Assembly: GCF_028641065.1 (NCBI RefSeq)
Contig: NC_073400.1
Span: forward strand, 31,992,001-32,056,000
Reading direction: 5' to 3'
Length of the DNA stretch: 64,000 nucleotides
DNA from: Leucoraja erinacea
Taxonomy: Eukaryota
Shown: piece by piece, positions 38,601 through 49,411 of the stretch
How positions within the stretch are numbered: position 1 is the stretch's first letter
Layout: every line of letters begins with the position of its first letter
Program-made: the position numbers and the translations under genes
Notes under the pieces: generated by a model
Told to the model about the DNA's origin: nothing
What the model saw: the letters and a program-made list of their open reading frames with translations, nothing else
Databases searched by the model: none

Positions 38601-41600
38601 CTCAGCCATTTATCACAAGGCCAGAAGCTTTATGCATGAAGATTATGCTGACTACCTCCTTCCCAAACATATTTCATGTCAGGTTCACCGCCATGGTTTC
38701 CAGTAAAGAAACTCGCTTACTATTCATTACGTCTGCGATCGAGCTTCTGAGGAAAGCGGAGTTTGATGGTTTAGACCTGCACTGGGAGTTCCCCGGCTTT
38801 AACCGCAGCCCACACGAAGACAAGCAACGCTACACTGACTTGGTCCAGGTGAGTGTAGACTTGGTTTATACTCTCTAGAATTTAGAAGATTGAGAGGGGA
38901 TCTTATAGAAACTTACAAAATTCTTAAGGGGTTGGACAGGCTAGATGCAGGAAGATTGTTCCCGATGTTAGGGAAGTCCAGGACAAGGGGTCACAGCTTA
39001 AGGATAAAGGGGAAATCCTTTAAAACCGAGATGAGAAGAACTTTTTTCACACAGAGAGTGGTGAATCTCTGGAACTCTCTGCCACAGAGGGTAGTTGAGG
39101 CCAGTTCATTGGCTATATTTAAGAGGGAGTTAGATGTGGCCCTTGTGGCTAAGGGGATCAGGGATCAGGGGTATGGAGAGAAGGCAGGTACGGGATACTG
39201 AGTTGGATGATCAGCCATGATCATATTGAATGGCGGTGCAGGCTCGAAGGGCCGAATGGCCTACTCCTGCACCTAATTTCTATGTTTCTATGCGAGCTGA
39301 ACGCATCACAAATCTCGAGACACAAGGAACTTGTCTGGACAAAGTTTTTACACAGAGGGTGGTGGGTGCCTGCAACGTGCTGCCAGGGGTGGTGGTGGAG
39401 GCAGACACGGCAGTAACGTTCAATAAAGAATCTGGAGAGAAACACAAAGTGCTGGAGTAACTCAGAGGGACAGGCAGCATCTGTGGAGGGAACGGACAGC
39501 CGACATTTCGGGTCGCCACCCAGAAGTGAGGTTGTAAAACGTTCAATTCATGACAGGCACATGGATATGCTGGGAATGGTGGGATATGGATCACGTTCAG
39601 GCAGAGATTAGTTTAACTTGGTATAGTGTCGGCACTGAAATACTGATAGATTTCCAAATGGAATCGGGATGCTAAAAGGTGGAGCAGTTTCCAAATGGAG
39701 CAAAGAGTTTCCATATACTCTTCACTCAGAGGGTGGTGGGCAAAGATTCTACAGCGAGCAAGGTCGACCACTCGACGAGAAAGACTGCAGTACCATCATG
39801 GGCAAATTCGTGGGTAATTTTCGGCCCCATTTCCGTAACCGGCTTCCGTCTCCGCACCAAAGATCCCGTAGCGGAGCAAAGATACTAGTGCGGAGATGGA
39901 AGCCGGTTACGGAAACATCCTCGTAAAAATAAAAGTTCTTTAGCAAAAATCTTCTCCTCATTTTCAGAATATTAATTTATTAACACAAACTGTTCCCCCG
40001 CAACGTTGATTACACTGCGAGTCGGGTCGGGTTACTGGAATGGATGAAAAAAAGGCCCACGTTCCGCTCCGTTGCATACTACATGTCAGCCCATTGCATT
40101 TAGCAGGAGTGGTCTATCTTGCTCCGCTATAGGATCATTGGTGGTGGGTATATGGAATGAGCTGCCAAAGGAGGTAGTTGAGGCAGGGACTATAACATTA
40201 TTTAAAAGATATTGGGAGAGGTACATGGCTAAAAAAGGTTTAGAGGGATGTGTGGGACCAGCGTAGATGGGGCATCTTAGTCGGCATGGGCAAGTTGGAC
40301 TGAAGGGCCTGTTTCCACAATGTCTGACCCTCCGACTCAGAGTGGAACTTCAGTGACAAACAGCAAAGAGTCACCACACTCCCGCCCCATCTAGCCTTCT
40401 GGTCAGCTGAAACAAAGCATCTTTCCCAAGACCTTCGGCCTCTCCTTCACCCTGGGGCTGGCGTATTCCACAGGAAATAATGCAACCTAGTCATAATCAT
40501 TAATGATGAGAAACATTCCTATACATTCGCTCCTCTGTCACCAGGCAACTGAGCCGGCCTCTCACCAGCTAGAGAGTGGTCCTGACCTCCCAACCTCCTC
40601 GTTAGAGACCTTTGAACGATCTTTAATCGGACTTTACCTTGCAGTAGATGTTATGCCCTTTATCCTGTATCTGTACACTGTGGACGGCTTGATTTTAATC
40701 ACCTATAGTCTAATCAATGATTGGATAGCACAGAAAAACCACTTCATTGTACCTCAGTAAACATGACCATAATAAACTAAACTAAACCGTTTGAAATCTC
40801 AATTCCATTTTGGAAATCCATCCTTATTCCCATCTGTATCTGTTCTTGTGTATGGCTTGATTGGATTCAGGTATAGTGTTATGTAATTCAATGGAATAGT
40901 AATGACCATGTTCTTGGTTCTTGGTTTCTTGGTCCTCCAAAATATTCCAAATGGAATTTAAACTGGAGGTGGTGAAGGGAGGGATTAAGCCAGAAAGGGT
41001 TATTGGGAAGAAAGAGCTACTTTAAATGTAGTTGCATCTGGTTGGGTAACTATAGTAGGGTGGAGATTATTCCATGCTTTAATTGTGCGGGGGAAGAACG
41101 AATTGCTGTATACATCTGTCTTTGTAGCTGGGATCACAAATTGGATCGAATGCCCTCGTCTTCTCCATGTTAATTATATATTCATTAAGTCCATGCCATT
41201 TGTAATCTGTCGTTCATCAGATATCATTGATGTCATCTGCCTGACAAACTCTTCACTATTTTATTAACTAATAGGAACTCCAGGAAGAATTTATAAAGGA
41301 ATCAAACGAGACCAACAAACCACGATTGCTACTTTCTGCTGTTGTAGCATCTGGAATAAGAAACATTCAAGCAGGTTATGAAATAGAGAAGATTTCAGAG
41401 TACGTTGGGAGTTTATTTTGTACCTGGTGCGGCTTTAAGCTTTGAAGATGTTCATCGTAAAACTGAAAACAATGAGGAAAGACACAAAGTGATGAGTAAA
41501 TCATCGGGTCAGGCAGCATCTCAAGAGAGCATGGATATGTTATGATTTGATCGAGACCCTTCCTCAGACTGATGAAGGATCCCATCCTGAAATGTCACCT

Positions 41601-44600
41601 ATCCATGTTCACCACAGATGCTGCCCGACCTGCTGAGTGGCTCCAACACTGTCCTTGGTAAACCAGCATCTTCAGTTCCTTGTTTCTACTGAAAATAATA
41701 ACCACGGCTTTGAATAAGGGCCAAGGCGTTACAAAACTATCCAATGAACACTTCAAACTGGGCAGGAGACACAAAGACATTTGCAACCAAGGAAAAATAA
41801 TTGAGAACAAACTTATAAACCACTATGGTGGCAATATTAGTAATGCAAGAGGAGAGGGAGTGATGTGGTGAAAGGACCAGTGAAATGGAGACACAAGGAA
41901 CTGAAGATGCTGCGATCTTGATTAAAACACAAAGTGCTGGAGGAAGTCAGCACATCAGGCAGCATCTGCGGAGGGAATAGATGTTTTGGGTCAAGACCCT
42001 TCTTCAAACCAGTGAACTGGTTGGGTTGGCAATAACTGGCTAGATGGATCTATACGGATCAATTACATTCTAATTTCCTATATAAGATTGACCAGAAGAG
42101 CCAAGGAACTGCAGAAGCTGGAATCTTGAAGGGTTTCGGCCCGAAACGTCGCCTATTTCCTTCGCTCCATAGATGCTGCTGCACCCGCTGAGTTTCTCCA
42201 ACAATTTTGTGTACCTTGGAGGAACTCAGTTGGACAGACAGCATCTGTGGAGGGAATGGGCAAGCAATGTTTTGGGTTGAGACAGTCTGAAGAACATCAT
42301 CTGTCCATTCCCTCTACAGATGCTGCCTGGCCCGCTGAGTGCCTCCAGCACTTATGTTTTGATGAAGATTGAAAGATAACCGTGGTAAATGCTATTGTCA
42401 ATCTTTGCAGCCGTGATATCAATGCCTGCAATAGCAACCTCCTTCAGTTCCATTCTCAACTAGCTGTTGTTTTTTGCAGACACATGGACTTCATCGGTGT
42501 GATGACCTACGAGTTCCATGGTCCATGGGATCTAAAAACTGGACCTAACAGTCCACTGTACAAGAGCTCTGATGACTATAATGATGACAGATACTTCAAT
42601 GTAGTATGTACTGACATCTTTCATGATTTCAATTTACATCATTTCTCCAGTTCTCTAAAGTTTAGTTTAGTTTAGAGATACAGCGTGGGAGGTACAGTGA
42701 GGCCCTTCAGATCGCTATGTCCATGCTTGACTGGCGATACGCTAGTTCTAGCCTACACACGAAGGACAATTAACCTACAAACCTGCACGTCTTTGGAATG
42801 TGGGAGAAAAATCACGCGGATAACATACGAACTCCATACAGACAGCACCCATAGTCAGGATAGAAACCGGGTCTCTGGTGCTGTCAGGCAGCAACTCTAT
42901 CGTTGCGCTACTTTGCCAATGTACATTTGGGAACACAGAGAATGAATGAATGAACGAATACTTTATTGCCACATGACAAGTCACAGTGAAGTTATTTGTT
43001 TCTGCATACGCCAGGTATGCAAAGAGTGGCCACATAAAGTGCAGCAACAAAGTTACAAAGTATCCCGCCCCACGCCCTCCTTTGTTCTCTCCAAAATGCT
43101 GCAGCTGGAATGTGTGGTGGGATCGGGACAAAGCCTGGAAAGTGATAGGTGGATACAGTTGAGGGGAGGCTTACTGGTTACTACATGGTTGGACAAAAGC
43201 CCAGAGATGAAAAGACAAAAAGTGTGAGATAAGGAGATAAGCATAGAAGAGTCAAGAATTGTGAAGCCAGAGGAAGAAATATATTTGAAATGGGAGAAGG
43301 AAGAGGAGAAATGGGTGTGTATCCAGGCGGGGCACAGGGAAGAGAGATGGGGTGGTGAAAAAAAAATGGAAGTGGGTGTTAGTAGACTAGTTACCTGAAA
43401 TTGGAAGTCAATATTCATTGCATAGGGTTGGAAGATACCCAGGCAAAGTCAGTTCCAATGTAATCCTTTCTCGTAGGAGTTTGCAACAAATTACTGGAAG
43501 CAAAATGGAGCTCCGGCAGAAAAGCTCTTGGTGGGATTCCCAACGTACGGACGGACATTTACTCTCTGCTCTGCCGACAACAAGCCTGGTTCTGCAGCGT
43601 GTGGACCTGGCACTCCGGGGAACTGCAGCAAAGCCGCTGGCATTTTAGCATACTCTGAGGTACGGTGTGACTGCAGTTTGACCCTACTATGAAAGGGAAT
43701 GCACTTCAATTATCACTACTAATTGCCACCATCACTAGCAATCGACACATTAGGCCCCTCTTGGAAATATGTAGATTTATCATAGCAACATCTGCATGAA
43801 AAGACATTTGGGCAGGTACATGGATAGGAGAGCTGGGAGGGATATGGGCCAAACGCGGGCAGGTGGGACTAGTGTAGTTACATAGAAACATAGAAATTAG
43901 GTGCAGGAGTAGGCCATTCGGCCCTTAGAGCCTGCACCGCCATTCAATATGATCATGGCTGATCATCCAACTCAGTATCCCGTACCTGCCTTCTCTCCAT
44001 ACCCTCTGATCCCCTTGGCCACAAGGGCCACATCTAACTCCCTCTTAAATATAGCCAATGAACTGGCCTCAACTACCCTCTGTGGCAGAGAGTTCCAGAG
44101 ATTCACCACTCTCTGTGTGAAAAAAGTTCTCCTCATCTCGTTATCCCTCATCATCTCCTCATCATCTAGTTGGGACATGTTGGTCGGTAAGTTGGGCCAA
44201 AAGGGCCTGTTTCCACTCTATGATTTACTTATCACAGTGACACAGTTCTCATAGAATCATAATTACACAGCACAGATACAGCCCTATCGGCCCAACCTGC
44301 CTATGCCAACCAGAAGCCCCATCTACGCCAATCCTGCCTGCCCGCCTTTGGCCCATATCCCAGTAAACATTTCCTATCCATGTACCTGTCCAAATGTCTT
44401 TGAAATCTTGTTATTGTGTCTGCCTCAACTACCTCCGCTAGCAATTCGTTTAATTTACCCACCACCCTGTGTGTGAACATTTCCAAACCCTCTATCTTCT
44501 TCCATAAACCAATTGTGTATCCAGGGAGCAAGCTCACTCTGGCTTCCATGCGATCTAACCTTATAAAATGGAAATGTTATCATTATAAATTTACCAAAAC

Positions 44601-47600
44601 AATTATCATAACAGTACCTCTCCACCATCGAAGGGATTGACAGGAGGCTTTGTCTCAAAAACGCAGTCAGCATCATCAGAGACTCTCATTTCAACCCTGC
44701 CGTCGGGAAGAAGGTACAGGAATCTGAAAAACCATGACCTCCAGGTTCAGGAACAGCTTCATCCCAACAAACATCAGGCTCTTGAACACTGCAACCACCG
44801 ACTAAACTAAGAATAACATATTGTCTTGGTTACAGGAAATTTTTGCTTTTGTTTTTACACAAATATTGCCATTTTTTAGTTTATTATGTTATCTATGAGT
44901 ACTGTGTTTACAGACCTGATATGTTTCTGCAAGTAAGAAGGGTCTCGGCCCGAAAGCATCACCTATCCATGTTCTATAGAGATGCTGCCTGACCTGTTGA
45001 GTTCCTCCAGCACTCTCTGAAACGTCACCTATCCATGTTCTCCACAGATGCTGCCGGACCCGCTGAGATACTCCAACAAGCTGTGTCATTTTTAGATTTT
45101 CATTGTTCCATTGTTGGTATTTATGAAAATTAAACACTCTCGAATCTTGAATGTCCAGTGAGGTGGAGATAAAATAACAACTATCAACAAAATAACCAGG
45201 AACATTTACATCCTCCCTGTGGAATTCTAGTAATATTAAAGAGGTCACCCCTCGTAATACATTTCCAAGGGGACACGGGCTGCATTTATGTAGCATCTTT
45301 CACTCACCGTGAAGCACTTTGAAGCAATGATAAAGGTCTTTGCTATTATTACAGGTGTGTGACTTTTTGAAAGGAGCCCATAAAGAATGGATTGAGGAAC
45401 AGGAGATTCCATACGCATACAAAGATGATGAGTGGGTTTCTTATGACAATTTGAGGAGCTTTGAGAAGAAGGTATGTATTTTTTTGGAACATTTATTGCA
45501 TGTTCCTGATATATCTTGTATAATGGATTGCAGATGTGCAGTTTACATGGTCTCCTTTTAACTGTAGGGAATTCTTCCAAGTGCTCCAGTTACATAGAAC
45601 AGCACAGCACCAGACCCTTCAGCCCACAATCTCCGTGCTGGACATACCAAGTTAAACTCTCTCTGCCTGCACATTATTTTCCTCCCGTATCTGAAAAATT
45701 GCTGCATGAGGTGGATTGGCCACTGTAGTTAGCTACCATATAGGTGGCAGGCAGGTGGTGATCAGTATGCATGTGTGACTCAATGGGCCAAATGGCCTTT
45801 TTTTTTGTATGTCATGAGAAAACCAAGAGAAAATGAGTCCAGCTGGGCTATATAATGTGCACGGCAGGTGGTTTCAGTTGGCCAAGATATTTATTTCTTG
45901 AGAATGTGAAACCAAAACTAGTTTCAATGTTGATAACATTAAGTAATTCTCAAGAAATATATCCATCATTCTTGGACTTGTGTTAAAAATTATAATTTAT
46001 CCAAATGTTTTTCTTTGCAAGGATTGAAAAAATGTGGCCATTTATTTATTGCTATACAGCAACGGGTGAACAGGTGAAACCCCTCACCTGTGTTCACCTA
46101 TCACCATGTTCTGTCCTGCCCCTCATCTTTTCCCACTTTTGTTCCTGCCCCCACCCCCCCGTGCAATATGTCCGATAAAGGGTGCCGAACCGATACGTCA
46201 CCAGAGATGCTGCCTGACCCGCTGAGTTACTCCAGCACTTTGTGTCTTTCTTTAGTACAAAACAAGCATTTGTAGTTCCTCGTTATTGCCCTTTAAGAGG
46301 ATGTTCCCACTGTGGCGGGAAGTTTTGTCTCAGGCAAGGTTAAACATAGTTGCAGAAGCAAGGTCAGAAGATGGAATGAAGATTGAGATCAACCATCCAC
46401 TCGCTGAACATGTGGACTGGACATGTTTGTTACAGAGCCTCGTGAATTCATGCTTAATTTATGTAGTTTATGTATAAATTATGTTTTGTGCATTGCCTGA
46501 ATCTATGTAACTGTGATGCTGCTGCAAGCAAGATTTTCATTGCACCTCTACCTCACTGTATTTGTATCAGTATTGGTTAAATCTATCTGATCTCCAGGCT
46601 ACCACCTAAACCAGTCCGATTTCTCGGCTACTAAACATTTTAACCGCCCCTCCTCCCATTCCCACACTGACATTTCTATCCTGGGCCTCCTCCATTGTCA
46701 GAGTGAGGCCCAGCACAAATTGGAGGAACACCACCTCATATTTCGCTTGGACAGCTTTCACTCCAGCGGTACGAACATTGACTTCTCTAACTTCAAGTAA
46801 CCTTGCTTTCCCTCTTTCTCCATCCCTCCCTCTTCCCAGTTCTCCGACAGTCTTACCGTCACCCATTCCTTCTCTCCAGAGATGCTGCCTGTCCCGCTGA
46901 GTTACCGCAGCATTTTGTGTGTATCATTGGTTTATTATTAGAGATATACAAAATGTAGGAGTAACTCAGCAGGACAGACAATATCTCTGGAGAGAAGGAA
47001 TGGGTGACGTTTCGGACGTGTACTGAGATGCAGAGAAAAGCTTTGTTAATGTGACAATAAGCAGAACGCGACTTGACTTTTTGATTTTAGAGATAACAGC
47101 ACGGAAACAGGCCCTTCCACTCACCGGTTCTGCGCTGACCAACGATCACCCCGTACACTAGCGCTATCCTACACACTAAGGACAATTTTACAATTTACAG
47201 AAGGCAATTAACCTACATCCTTGGAGTGAGGAAACCAGAGCAGCCAGAGAAATACCACACGGTCTCAGGGACAAGGTACAAACGCCTAACAAACAGCACC
47301 CGTGGTCAGGATCGATCCCAGCTCTCTGGTGCTGTAAAGCAGCAACTCTACCATTGCACCATTTTGCAGCCGTATTGCTTAGGTAATCGGACAGCAATCA
47401 AGAACAATGTTTCTCTGGCAGTTTGTTTTGTGGCTTTTGGGGCTAATGTAAGCATCTAGAAATAAGGAACTGCACGAACTCAAGGAAATGAACCTTGGTC
47501 TCCATGTGACCTTGCATGGGGTCGGTCTTGTAAATCTGCAGCTAAATATTAATTATTAAATAATCTGGATTAGCGAGATGATTTGCAATCTAGGATACCT

Positions 47601-49411
47601 ATTAAATGTTAAATTATTTTCAGGTGGAATGGTTGAAAAATAACAGCTTTGGGGGTGCAATGGTATGGACAATCGATATGGATGATTATGAAGGTACTTC
47701 CTGTAACCAAGGACAATTCCCCCTTATTAATAAACTCAAGGTTATGCTTTCGTCAGGTTCTGGACCCACGGATGAATCGTCAGGTAACTAAATTACATTT
47801 CCATTTGCATTTCAAATCAAGATATTTACATTTTCTATCAAATATTTAAGCATTAATTATGCCATTATAATCATGCTGTCTACAAAACCTTTCTGGGTAT
47901 GCAATTTTGAAAATAATGGACATTTAATAAAATTAAAGAGTTTATTATAAGTTAATGCAGGAGGGAGACATGAGATGGAAGATCACAGCACTACAGGTGC
48001 TTGGAGTTCTGAAACAATAACAGAAAGTCGTCGCAGATCAGCTAGCATTTCAGATCTTGCTCCATTTATCAGAATCAGGAAAGTGACAAAACAAGAGAGG
48101 AGACAAAATAAACTGCAGATGCTGGATTCTCGAGTAAGACAGAAAGTGCTGAAGGAACTCAGTGGGTCAGACAGCATCTGTGGGTCTGTCCATTCCCTCA
48201 ACAGATGCTGCCTGTCCCACTGAGTTACTCCCCAAAAAGGGAGAACACAAGTTAGTTTTCGGCAGAAGACAAGCTCGGAGAGAGATGGAAATATCTTGGC
48301 AACCAAATGAGTTAATACAGCAGTTTGAAGCACATTTTGCTTCCTTGTCAATATGGGCAATATCGTTAATAGGTAGGCTCTGGGATATGCACAACAAGCC
48401 CGGGGGAAGTGGGAGGTTCACTTGCTGTTCACGTTTAGAGATACAGCGTGGAAACAGACCCTTTGGCAAACAGAGTCCAAGCTGACCAGCGATCATCCTG
48501 TACACTAGTTCTGCGTCCTACACAATTAACCGACAAACCTGCATGTGGGAGGAAACTGGAGAGCCCAGAGGAACCTTAGTGTGAATGGGTGATCAGTGGT
48601 CGACATGGACTTGATGGGCCAAAGGGTCTGCTTCCATGATGGATCCTTCAATCAACAGTGGAAATCCCAAATCTTTTTTCCCCCACCTACATGTGGTAGT
48701 GTGGGAATTTCCTGCAGCTCCCGGAACACAGGTTCAGACCAGGAGAGGCATCTTGAAACATTATCATCAGTGAGCTTTGCACCATCATCATGCCGATAAT
48801 GGATTAAGGTTACGCGTGAAGATATCGGTGTAGAGTTAATCATGTTGCTGTTCGTACTTTCAGAGACAACACCACTGCCCATTTCTTCATCAGATTCACA
48901 GGTATCCGACCCCTGCCCCAATCTGGAATTTTGCGGAGGTAAAAAGGATGGTAACTATGCAGTGGAGTGTACTGCGGACAGTTTCTATCAGTGTACCAAC
49001 AACGACACCGAGATTCTAACGTGCTCCAGAGGTACTTCATACAACGCGGGCAGAGACAAATGTGTCTGGCCACCCAGGTTAATTCCAGCCATCAATTTGG
49101 CAGACAGTAACTTTTGCAAAACCAAGCTCGACGGTGCATATGCAATCCCGGTTCCCTCGTACTACAAATGCAAAGCTGGGCAGATGCGCGTGAAGAAGTG
49201 CTCCTCTGATCTACTCTACGATGCAGTCAGCAAGAAATGCATCAGTGCAAACACATTTAGTGACTACGATGTGTCCTTCTGCAGTAGTAATGAAGATGGG
49301 ACCTATCCCATCCTTGGCAGACCAAACAAATACTATCACTGCCTGAATAAGGATACCAATGTAGGGAGCTGTCCCAAGGGGAGCTTCTACAATAATTTCT
49401 GTAAATGCTGA
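32608..49411 (+). CDS. GH18 chitinase-like protein (CHIA paralog) with Asp-to-His catalytic substitution and three tandem CBM14-like domains; 11 coding exons, about 581 aa
   Basis: Exons 32608-32632, 33168-33200, 34013-34220, 36131-36187, 38683-38848, 41275-41399, 42480-42603, 43477-43659, 45355-45471, 47624-47783, 48864-49411. All are GT-AG with the same phases as the minus-strand chia and form a 1746-nt open frame. AATAAA at 49435-49440. Confidence 0.9.
33168..33200 (+). CDS. chitinase-like exon 2 (signal peptide)
   Basis: VGFLLLLQAYN; tttcag/gtaagc boundaries. Confidence 0.8.
34013..34220 (+). CDS. chitinase-like exon 3
   Basis: DYKIVCYYTNWAHKRGNCKFLPEDINPKLCTHLVYAFA. Confidence 0.92.
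36131..36187 (+). CDS. chitinase-like exon 4
   Basis: [18 protein letters not shown]; 57 nt. Confidence 0.92.
38683..38848 (+). CDS. chitinase-like exon 5 (variant motif FDGLDLHWEFP)
   Basis: 166 nt; CAC (His) at 38780-38782. Confidence 0.93.
38870..39291 (+). mobile_element. CR1 LINE 3' end inserted about 20 nt downstream of the exon 5 donor
   Basis: 'LRGDLIETYKILKGLDRLD...' to the TTTCTATG tail. Confidence 0.85.
39741..40140. mobile_element. hAT-type MITE (400 bp)
   Basis: 8-bp TSD GTGGTGGG at 39733-39740 and 40141-40148; imperfect ~33-bp TIRs CAAAGAT...GACCACTC / GAGTGGTC...ATCATTG; splits a CR1 fragment. Confidence 0.8.
41275..41399 (+). CDS. chitinase-like exon 6
   Basis: ELQEEFIKES...PRLLLSAVVASG...AGYEI; 125 nt. 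Confidence 0.9.
42480..42603 (+). CDS. chitinase-like exon 7
   Basis: HMDFIGVMTYEFHGPW...TGPNSPLY; 124 nt. Confidence 0.92.
43477..43659 (+). CDS. chitinase-like exon 8
   Basis: EFATNYWKQNGAPAEKLLVGFPTYGRTF...LAYSE; 183 nt. Confidence 0.92.
45355..45471 (+). CDS. chitinase-like exon 9
   Basis: VCDFLKG...PYAYKDDEWVSYDN; 117 nt. Confidence 0.92.
46590..46925 (+). mobile_element. Penelope-like element 3' end (GIY-YIG C-terminus)
   Basis: 'HFN...SHSHTDISILGLLHCQSEAQHKLEEHHLIFRLDSFHSSGTNIDFSNFK*'. Confidence 0.8.
47624..47783 (+). CDS. chitinase-like exon 10
   Basis: VEWLKNNSFGGAMVWTIDMDDY...; donor G|gtaact (weaker alternative donor after 47756). Confidence 0.88.
48864..49411 (+). CDS. chitinase-like exon 11: S/T linker + 3 CBM14-like repeats
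   Basis: Three FC..K/E.DG.Y...Y.C...C...Y...C units at 48929-49069, 49112-49240 and 49277-49408. Confidence 0.9.

Noticed and set aside
49409-49411. TGA aligned to a conserved Cys as possible selenocysteine
   Set aside because: AATAAA lies only 24 nt downstream, leaving no room for a SECIS. I saw no SECIS-like hairpin, and a TAG follows two codons later.
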